Origin: Scenedesmus sp. PABB004
Lineage: Eukaryota
Reading direction: 5' to 3'
NCBI GenBank assembly: GCA_014905635.1
Contig: JABVCE010000009.1
Location: forward strand, 1 to 64,000
DNA: 64,000 nt
Positions 20,801 to 29,921 of this stretch are shown piece by piece. Both the position numbers and the translations under genes were made by a program. The notes under the pieces were generated by a model. That model was not told where the DNA came from, ran no database searches, and saw nothing but the letters and a program-made list of their open reading frames with translations. Positions within the stretch are counted from its first letter, which is position 1; every line of letters starts with the position of its first letter.

Positions 20801-22943
20801 GCGCCGCCGACAACATCTTCATGCTCACCTCCTGCCTCGACGCCCGCGCCGCGCAGGGACTCGACACCTACGTACTGTTCCTTGACATCGCCAAGGCCTA
20901 CGACACCGTGTGGCGCTCCGGCCTGCTTCACAACCTCTGGCGCGTGGGCGTGCGCGGCCGCATGTTCCGCGTGCTCGCCAACATGACCGACCGCACGCGC
21001 AGCATGGTGCGGCACCGCGGCGCGCTGTCGACAGCCTTTGAGCCGGGCCTTGGGTGGGAGCAGGGCGACACGCTGGCGACTACGATGTTCAACGTCTTCA
21101 TCAACGCCGTGCTCCAGGAGGTGTGGGCCGCCTGCCCGGGCGTGCCGCTGCCCGCCGCGCCCGCGCCCGCGCCCGCCGCGCCGCCCGCGCCGCCCGCCGG
21201 CGCGGCGCCACCCGCGCCCGAGCCAGGCGCCGCCGACGACAAGCTGGTCGCGCTCCTCTTTGCGGACGACTGCGCGAGCCTTGCGGCCGGCCCGGCGGAG
21301 ATGCAGCAGCTCCTTGGCGCCACGCGCGCCGCGCTCGCCCGCTGGCGGCTCAAGGCCAGTGTCAGCTCGGCGGACGCGTCCGCCGAGCTGACAGCGGTGA
21401 CGGTGGTGCCGGGGGCCGCACCCGGCGTGCCGTCGCTGCGGCGGCTGCTGCCGCGGCGGCCTACCAGTGGTCGTGGGGCGCGGAGCAGGTGCCGCGCGTC
21501 ACTGGGTACAGGTACCTGGGCGCGTGGCTGACGGCCGACCGCAGCGCCCGCAGCTGGGACGCCCACCTGCAGCGCCGCAAGGCTGCTGCGGACAAGGCGT
21601 TCTGGGCTCAGTCGGCGGTGTTGCGCGAGCGGCGCCTGCCGCTGCGCCTGCGCCTGCTCACGCTCACGGGCGTGGTGCAGCCTGTGTTGACGCACGCGGC
21701 CCAGGTCTGGGCACGCCCCACGGTCGAGCGCCGCGCGGAGCTCGACTCGTGGCAAGCGGGGCTGGTGGCGCGCGCGACCGGGTGCCCGCCCAACGTGTCG
21801 CACGCGTGCCTGCAGCAGGAGCTGGGCATCACCCCGCTGCATGTCGTCTGCGACACCCTCATGCTGCGCTACTGGCACCGCCTGCGCGCCCTGCCAGCCG
21901 ACCGCCTGCTGCGCCGTGTTGCCGACGCCTGGCCCGCCACGCCGTGGTGGAAGGGCGTGGGCGGCCTCCTGCGGGACTACGGCGTCGATGTTGTGGCTAC
22001 TGCTGGCATGAGCCGCAACGAGTTTGCTGCTCACCTTTGCGACCTTGCTGGCGACCACATCGATGGCGCCTGGGAGGCCGCCGCCGGCCGCGGCTCGGTG
22101 GCGCGGCGCTACCGGGAGGCCTTTGGCAGCGGCGTCTTCTCTACTCGCTCCTTCACGCGCCGCGCCGGCGTGCCGTGCGCCCGGGACTACCTGGGCTGGC
22201 TTTGCAGCCCCGGCGGCCCGCGGCGCGGCCGGCCGGCGGAGCTGCTCATGCGCCTGCGCATGGAGTGCCTCCCGCTGCGCGCTGCCCACAGCCACGCGCG
22301 CCGGGGGGAGTCGATCGCGCAGCAGGCGGAGCGGGAGCGCTGCCCCTGCTGCGCGGCGCGCGCGCCCGAATCGGCCGCGCACTTTCTCTTTGAGTGCGGC
22401 GCGCCCGGCCGCCCTGCACGCCTCGTTGCGCTGCTTGCGGACCTCCGTGCCAGCGGCGGGGGCGCGCATGCTGGCGCGCTGGCTGCGCACCTGCGTGCGG
22501 CTGGTGTTGAGATGGCGGCTAGCGGCAGCCAGGAGCTGGAGGCTGGAGCTGGCGGCGGCGGCAGCGGCAGCGTCAGCGACCCCGGCGTCGTGGCTAGCGC
22601 GGCGGCCCCTCGGGCTGCTGACGCAGGCGCGGCGGTCAGCGATAGCGGCGTCACGGCTGATACGGCGGCCCCTCGGGCTGATGATGTCAGCGCGGCGGTC
22701 AGCGTCAGCAACGTCTCTGCTGGTGCGGCGGCCCCTCGGGCTGCCGTTACCGGCGCGGCGAGTCGGTGTGCAGCACTAGAGCAGGCTCGGCGTTATCTGC
22801 TTGGTGACCTGCTGCAGGATCAGCTTGCTGTTCACTATGTGGCAGATTATGTGATGGACATCTGGAAGATGCGGGACACCGTCCTTAAGGGGCGCGGGAC
22901 CAATGGGCGCGAGCCTGTGGTGTAACTATCTTTGTCTTTGTCT
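17813..22943 (+). mobile_element. RTE/RTEX-like LINE (family A): tandem Tudor-like domains - AP endonuclease - RT - CCHC
   Basis: APE motifs INVCG, IDILAVVETW, GGGVGFYV, VLGDFN, LDYV, SDH. RT motifs NYRPITL, QQGFRPGRS, FLDIAKAYDTV, QGD, LFADD, YRYLG. C-terminal CPCC..ESAAHFLFEC. Microsatellite tail. Frameshifts near 18880 and 21430 and an insertion at 20588. Clade assignment is tentative. Confidence 0.92.
20588..20661 (-). mobile_element. Antisense 3'-end fragment of family A inserted into its own RT, 11-bp TSD
   Basis: Reverse complement of ACACCGTCCTTA.GGGGCGCGGGACCAATGGGCGCGAGCCTGTGGTGTAAC(TATCTT)n. CCCGCCAACTA at 20577-20587 and 20662-20672. Splits DPAN|YRPITL. Confidence 0.93.
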
Positions 22944-22989
22944 ATGTGCGCGAGCATACGGGGTAAATGACCTTGACTTTGACCTTGAC

Positions 22990-23785
22990 CGCGCGCGGGC
23001 GTGCGGCGGGCGCGCCGCGGCGCGCGGCCGGCGGCGCGCTTGGCGCCAGTGCTGCCGGCGCTGCGGCCTTTCTGAATGGCCCGCGCCCCCAGGCGGTGCC
23101 AGGGCCCTCTCTCTCCGCGCGGCATGGCCGCCAAACACTCTCCGCGGCGCTGCGCGGCACGGCGGGGCCGGCCGTGGGACCGCGCGCGGTCCCACGCGGC
23201 GCGCGGCTGGCGGCGCGCCCGGCGCCAGCGCCTGTGCTGGCTGCCCGCGGCCTTTCTGAATGGCGGCGCCCCCCAGGCGGTGCCAGGCCCTCTCTCTCCG
23301 CGCGGCATGGCCGCCAAACACTCTCCGCGGCGTTGCGCGGCGCGGCGGCGCCGGCCGTGGGACCGCGCGCGGGCGTGCGGCGGGCGCGCCGCGGCGCGCG
23401 GCCGGCGGCGCGCCCGGCGCCAGCGCCCGTGCTGCCGGCGCTGCGGCATTTTTGAATGGAGCGCGCCCCCCAGGCGGTGCCAGGGCCCTCCCTCTCCACG
23501 CGGCATGGCCGCAAAACACTCTCCGTGGCGCTGCGCTGCGCGGCGGCGCCGGCCGTGGGACCGCGCGCGGGCGCGCGGCGGGCGCGCCGCGGCGCGCGGC
23601 CGGCGGCGCGCTTGGCGCCAGTGCTGCCCGCAACCCTTTCGAGTGGCGCGCGCCCCCACGCGGTGCCAGGCTAGTCCCTCTTTGCGCGCATGGCGGCCGA
23701 ACACTCTCCGTGGCGCTGCGCGGCACGGCGGCGCCGGCTGTGGGACCGCGCGCGGGCGCGCGGCGGGCGCGCCGCTGCCCGGCGC
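22990..23785. repeat. Diverged tandem repeat, ~183-198-bp unit, ~4 copies
   Basis: AACACTCTCCG recurs at ~23134, 23317, 23515 and 23700, each with GCATGGC upstream and TGGGACCGCGCGCGG downstream. Confidence 0.88.
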
Positions 23786-23982
23786 GGGTGTTGTTGTTGT
23801 TGTCGTCGATGCTGTGCCGGCAGCGCAGGGTTTACATGCCTGCCGGCTGCCCTTTCCGCGGTTGGCACGCCGTACGTGAGCAAGCAGTGCGCTCCGACCC
23901 ACCACTATGACCGTTCAATGCGCTCGCAGTCCCGCAACGGCGAGCACACCCACCGCATCCACGCCGCGCGTGCCCTATGCGC

Positions 23983-25150
23983 CTACACGTTCTTGGGGTA
24001 GCAGCGCTCGGAGGCATCAAACATCGCCTGCAGGCGCTTCAGCTGCGCCGGGAACGACTGCACGGGGCCCGAGGCGCTGCGATAGTCCCCCTCGCTGGGC
24101 GGCCACTGCTCCGGCGTGGGCAGCGGCTTCATGCCCACCATCTTGCCCGTCAAGTCGTGAGGGATGCCGTAGAGGCCTGCGGCGGCGGGTGAGCGACGGG
24201 CAGGCGCGTCAACTGCCGCGCTGGGCGCGCGCCCGCAGTCCCGGCTTCCCCGTCCCCAAAACGCATGCGCAGACGCACGCGCGCCGCCGATTCAGAGCCC
24301 GCCCGCGCTGGCGCGCGCGGCCGCGTCGCGCCCGCCAGCGCACCGGTGTACTCGAGGAAGCGGCGGGGGTCGCCGCCGATCTCGGGGTCGAACGCGGCGG
24401 CGATGATCAGGGGCATCGCGTAGCCGTAGGCGTGGACCTGGATGAAGTCGGTGACCTTGTTCTCCGTGCTGAAATAGTGCACCTGGTTGCGGGGGCTGTA
24501 GAGCATGTCGCCCTTCTTGATCGACGCGGCGCCCATCTTGTTCACCGGCGCGTTGTGGCCCGGTAGCTGGCCGGGGAAGTAGGCCTTGGGCTTGTGGCCC
24601 GCGTACATGCGCACGCTGCCCTCGCCAATGACAAAGAACCCTGCGCGCCGGGCGGCGGGCATAGTGTGCTGAGCGCTGCGCGGCGCGGCGCGGCGCGGCG
24701 GGGCCGGCGCGCACGCTCACACTCGTCGTCGTAGTAGTGCACGTGAGGCGGCGGGCCCTGGCCTGCGGTGAGCAGCTCGCCGTTAAGGATGTCAAAGAGA
24801 CCGCACGTGTCGTCGTAGGTGCGGCGGAAGACGTTGCCCGAGGTCTTGTTGGTCGGGAGGAAGCTGCGCGGCGGGGCGAGTGCCCGCACCGTCAGCGCAG
24901 CGCGGCACGGCGCGCATCGTGCTGCCCGGGGCCCGTCGTCGGCGGGGAGGGGCAGGGCAGGGCAGGGCGGGGCGCGCGCGCCGCGGCTGGCTCACCGCGG
25001 CAGGCGCAGCGCGAACGTCTTGCCGTCGCCGACGTCGATATCCACGACGACGCGCTCCTTCACAAACCGATCGCCCGCGGCCGCCGCGGGCGCCGCGGCC
25101 GACAGCAGCACAGCGCACGCCAGCGCCAGGCAGGCGGTCGTCGCGCGCAT
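23983..25150 (-). CDS. Secreted cupin-domain protein (4 exons)
   Basis: Signal-like MRATTACLALACAVLLSAAAPAAAA. Cupin motifs GPPPHVHYYDDE-WFFVIGEG and YSPRNQVHYF. Ends ...CYPKNV*. Confidence 0.8.
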
Positions 25151-25947
25151 CGTGGCCTGCGGGCGGGCGGGGTCGGCGCCGCAGCGGAGGCGCGGCCCCC
25201 GGTGCCAGCCCCCGCCGCGCCGCGCTGCCGAGCGTGTGTGACGCGCCCGTGCGTCCGCAGGCCGCTGCAGGGCGCGCGGGACCGGGCGCGGGCGCGCGTG
25301 GGGGCGCTCACCCGTGTGCTGGCGCGCAGGGGGCTCGCGGGATGACGGCAGGGGGTCAGGCGGATGTAAGGATGCGATCACAGACGGTCTGCGGTGCGCT
25401 GACAGCGTGGGCGCACCTGTGCGAAACTCCTGGAAAAGGTCGCGGCGATGGCGCGCGCGGCGGACTGATGCGCTGGGGGCTGCTGGTCAGCAGCGGCGCC
25501 GGCGGCCGGCGGTGGGCTGCGGCAGCGCGGGCGCCGGCCCGTGTCGCGCAAGGCGCGTCCATCCAGCCTTCGCACCTGTAGCTCCGCCGGCTGGCCAGAG
25601 GGTCACGAGGCCGCCGCAGCGGCGCCTGGGTTACACAAACGCGCTTGCCGCCAGCCGCGGGCGACGTGCCGCGCGCCCGCCAGAGCACCGCGACACGCGA
25701 ACGAGGTGCGGCTCGCTGGAGCCAGAACCGGAGCCGGCAGCTGCGGCGGCCGCCGACAGCCAGGCGGGCCGGCCGGCCGCGGCCTCTCGGGGGGGGGGGG
25801 GGCGGTCTGCGCGGGGGCGGCGCGCGGCGCTCGGCGACGGCACGGCGTGGCTGGCGCGCAGCGCGGCCGCGACCCACGCACCTCACGCGTGTCGCAGCAG
25901 GGACGAGGGGAGGGGGCGGGGGGGGGGAGCGGGGAGGCCAGCCGCGC

Positions 25948-28270
25948 TCAGCTGCCGTGCGCGGCCTCCAGCTCCGCGACGGCCGCCTTGTAGGCGGGGC
26001 TGGCCGCCGCCCAGGCGCGCAGGCGGTCGTCCTGGGGCGTCCAGGGGATGCTGAGCCCCGGGTGCTCGTCGTCGCGCGGGAAGAGGTGCATCAGCGGCAG
26101 CAGCCCCCGCGCGCGCCCAGCTCCGCCGACACCTCGCCCAGCCCCACAGGCCGGCGCATCGCGTCCTGCGCGCGCGCGCGCGCGCGGGGGGGGGGGGGGG
26201 GAGCGTCACTCGGCGGCTGGGCTGGGCTGGGCTCGGCGGCTGCGCGCGCGGCGGCGCCGCGGCGCGCCTCGTCAAAGCCGTGGTCGTGGAGGCGCAGCAG
26301 CGCAAACGTGTCGGCCACGAACGCGCCCTTCTGCGCGGCGATGAGCTCCGCGGTGGGCGCGTGGTCGTGCGCAACCTTCATGCTGGGCGTCGCGTTGACC
26401 TCCATCAGCCAGGGCCGCCCCGTGCTGTCGAGCAGGAAGTCCAGCCCAAAGTACTGGAAGCACTGCCGCGGCCCCAGGTGCAGGGCCGCGTGCACCTCAC
26501 CGATGCGCCGCAGCGCGCTCGCAAACACGAGCGCCGTCGCGCGCGCGAGGCGCGCCCACAGCGGCTGCGCGGCGCGCGGCGCGCGCAGGCGCGCGGCGGG
26601 CGCGGGCGCGTGGGCGCGTGGGCGCGGGGCGCGGGGCGCGCGGGCGCGCCGCGGGCGGGCGCGGGGGCGCACGGGCGCGCGCGCCTTCCACGCGCTGTGC
26701 CCCATGTGCGCCGCGAGCGCGGGCAGGTCCCACACGTCGCCGTTTTCGTTCTGCGCGTAGTTGGTGATGTGCCCGCACCCCCAGTCGCCGCGCACCGCGT
26801 CTGCGCGCGGCGCGCGGGGCGGGCGGGCGCTCGGCGGCCGCGCCGCGCCGCGCCGCGCCGCGGCCGCGGCCGCGGCCGCGCGGGCGCGGTGTCACCCGCG
26901 GGCGCGTAGGGCGCGGCGCTGAAGAGGGCGAGGCCGTTGGTGTGCAGGTAGACGCGGAGCGGGTCCACGCCCGGCAGCGTGACCCAGAGGCGGATGCCAA
27001 ACTTGCGGGCGTTGATGAGCAGCGGGTCGGCCACGTACTGCTGCGCTAGGTACCAGCGGTACAGGGGCACGCCCTCCAGCCCGGGGCGGGTCGTGGTCTC
27101 AAAGCACGCCGCCAGCGCGCCGCGCGTCGGCACGAGGCGCAGCCCCGTGCCGCGCTGCTTGTTGTTCTTCAGCATCCACAGCCCAGTGTCCTGGCCGCGG
27201 CGCCGCGCGCGGGGGCGGCACGCGGGGCGTGCGCACGCGTCGGCGGCGGGGCGCGCCGCGGCGGCCGCGCGCGCCGCGTGCGCGCCTCCCCGCGCGCCTG
27301 CCCGCCGCCCCCCTGCCGGCCGGCCGCCGAACCTGGTCGGGGTGCGCGGCCAGCCAGTCGGCCCAGGCGTCGAGCTCGTCGGGCAGCTTGAACGTGCGCG
27401 GCACGATGCTGAACGCGAGGTCTGGGCCGTAAGCGTTGAGCAGGCTGCGCACGAGGCTGGTCTTGCGGCTGATGGCCAAGCAGCCCGGCACGATCGACAC
27501 GACCTGGTGCGGGCGCAGCACCTGCGGCGCCGGCTCGGCGCGGCTCCGACACGCGGCGCGGCGCGGCGCGGCGCGGCTCTGACACGCGGCGCGGCGCCGG
27601 CGCGTCGCCCGCGCGCACCTCTGCTGCGAGCATGGCCTTTGCGGTGATGCTGAGCAGCAGGTCCCACGCGTCCATGTGCATGTAGCCGTAGTCCCGGATC
27701 TTCTGCACCGCCGCCGTGACCGGGTCGAGCTTGGGCGGCCCCCCCGTGCGCACGCCGCCGAGCGCCGCGAGCGCCGCCTCGGGCAGCGCCGCGCTCTCGG
27801 GGCTGCTGAAGGCCTGGAAGTCGATCCAGAAGCGAAAGCCCCGCGCCAGCGGCGCCAGCGGGCGCGGCACGGCGGCGGCGACGGCGAGGCCTGTGCGCCG
27901 CGGCGGGCGGCGGGCGGCGGGCGGCGGGCGGCGGGCGGCGGTCTCGCCCCCGGCGGCGGCACCGGGCGGCTGCGGGCCCGGCCGCCGGCGCGCGGCAGTG
28001 CGCCGAGCACACACCCCGCACGGCGCCGGTGGCGCCGCTGGTCAGGGCGAGCGGCGCCGCAAAGGCGTTGAGCCGGTCCACAATGAAGCGCAGCAGCGAC
28101 GCCTCCGCCGCTCGTCGGCGCGCGCCGCGCTCGCCGGCGCCGGCGCTTGCGCTCGGCCGCTGGCGCCGCGGCTGCCGCGCGCCGTGAGCCGCGCTAGACC
28201 GCTCCAGCTCCGCCGCCGGCCGGGCGCGGCCGCCGGCGGGCGGCGCCGCCGCGCCGCCGCAGCCTGGCAT
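25948..28270 (-). CDS. Tubulin-tyrosine ligase (TTL/TTLL) family ATP-grasp protein, multi-exon
   Basis: VPRTFKLP, WMLKNNKQRGTG, QQYVADPLLINARKFGIRLWV, HITNYAQN, FGLDFLLD..PWLMEVNATPS. Apparent frameshift near 26105. Start uncertain. Confidence 0.88.
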
Positions 28271-28492
28271 GGCGTGCGGATCGAGCAGAGACCGGTTTAG
28301 GGGTGAAGTGATCGCCCCGGCCTCGGGTGTGCACGGGCCGCGCCCTGCGCGGCGGGCTGGCCAGTGACGCCACTGACGGCCCGCTGCTGCTGCACCGCCG
28401 GGCGAGCCCTCTGCGCGTGCGCCGCGGCGGTCGTGTGCCCACTCTCCCTGGCCCTCCGCCGCGCCTGCCCTGGGGCAGCGGCCTCGGCCGCC

Positions 28493-29662
28493 ATGGCAGC
28501 CGCGGGCGCGGCGGCGCTGCAGCCGGCGGCGCTCGTGAGCGGCCGCGCGGCGGCGCGGCTCACGCTGGGCGAGGCCTGGGTGGCGCACGTGGCGCCGGCG
28601 CACGTGGGGGCGCTCATGAAGGCGCTGCAGACGGAGCTGCCGCTCGGGCCGCTGGCGCACCTCAAGCGCGTGAAGCCAGACGGCGACGGCGTGGCCGTGC
28701 TGCTCCGCCTCAGGGCGCAGGAAGAGCAGCACCAGCAGCAGCAGCTGCATCAGCAGCAGTCGCAGCAGGCGCAGCAGCCGGCGCAGCAGGCGCAGCAGCC
28801 AGCGCTGCCGCCGGGCACGGCCGCGCTGCTGGCGGCGGGCGGCGCGCGGCTGGGCGTCGCGGCGGTGCCGGTCGTGCCGCCCGACAGCAAGGCGCAGTGG
28901 GCGGAGTGGAGCAGGATCTGGCCCATGCCCTGGCGCGTGCCGCCGGGCGCGGAGGAGCGCGACGGCGAGCCCGCGCCGCCGGCCGAGCAGGCCTACTTTG
29001 CGCGGCACATGGCCGCCGCGCTCGCGGCGTCCGCGGCAGCGGGCGGGCGCAACGCCGCGCTGCTGGTGGACCCGCGCAGCGGCGCGGTGCTGGCGCAGGC
29101 GCTGGACGCGAGCGACGCGCACCCGCTGGACCACGCGGCCATGGTCGCGGTGGAGGCGGTCGCGGCGCGCGACCGCGCGCTCTGGCCCTTCAACGGCTTT
29201 GCGCACGCAGGCCGCCACGCGCACGCGCCCGACGATGCCGGCTACGCCGCGGTGCCGCCGCCGCAGCACGCGCACGCGCCGCGCCGCGGCGACGGCGAGG
29301 AGCTCGGCCGGCCGCCCAAGAAGCAGCGCCCGGCGGGCGGCGGCGACGGCGGCGGCGGGCCGGCGCAGCTGCAGGAGGAGCTGCAGCCGCTGGAGGCGCA
29401 GCTCGCGGGCGGCGGCGGCGGCGCCGCCGACTGGGCGGCCAAGCCCTACCTGTGCACCGGGTACGACGCGTTCCTGGCGGCCGAGCCGTGCACGATGTGC
29501 GCGATGGCGCTCGTGCACAGCCGCGTGGCGCGCGTCGTCTACTGCCGGCGCGACGCGGCGCGCGGCGCGCTCGGCGGCGCGTCGCGCCTGCACGCAGCGC
29601 GCAGCCTGAACCACCACTATCGCGTCTACCACATGCCGCTGGCGCAGGCAGACGGGCCCTGA
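28493..29662 (+). CDS. TAD3: tRNA-specific adenosine deaminase non-catalytic subunit (single exon)
   Basis: LAHLKRV, HPLDHAAM (no catalytic Glu), YLCTGYD, EPCTMCAMALVHSR, LNHHYRVY. Confidence 0.93.
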   Translation: MAAAGAAALQPAALVSGRAAARLTLGEAWVAHVAPAHVGALMKALQTELPLGPLAHLKRVKPDGDGVAVLLRLRAQEEQHQQQQLHQQQSQQAQQPAQQAQQPALPPGTAALLAAGGARLGVAAVPVVPPDSKAQWAEWSRIWPMPWRVPPGAEERDGEPAPPAEQAYFARHMAAALAASAAAGGRNAALLVDPRSGAVLAQALDASDAHPLDHAAMVAVEAVAARDRALWPFNGFAHAGRHAHAPDDAGYAAVPPPQHAHAPRRGDGEELGRPPKKQRPAGGGDGGGGPAQLQEELQPLEAQLAGGGGGAADWAAKPYLCTGYDAFLAAEPCTMCAMALVHSRVARVVYCRRDAARGALGGASRLHAARSLNHHYRVYHMPLAQADGP

Positions 29663-29921
29663 ACGAGCGCGCGCACCATTGCGCAGCAGTGCGGCGGCGC
29701 CGCGCGGCGCGGTGCTGCGACACGCACCCCGCGCGGCGCTGGTCGGGGGCCTGGGCGGGGCGAGCGAGCGTGACCAGGGCTGCTAACGCGTGTGGGTCGC
29801 CACTGCCGTCCGCCGGCCCCTCGCAGCAAGCCTCTACCTAACGCCAGCCCGCACACCAAATGGACAGGGCCCGGGCCCACCGCGCCGCGGCCCAGGCGCC
29901 GCCGCCCCGCCGCTGCGCCGC

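Noticed and set aside
17654..22943. LTR retrotransposon suggested by the direct terminal repeats
   Set aside because: The repeats lack TG..CA, PBS and PPT and end in microsatellite tails. The coding content is APE-RT (LINE).
28295..28302. TTTAGGG telomere-like motif
   Set aside because: Single copy, expected by chance.
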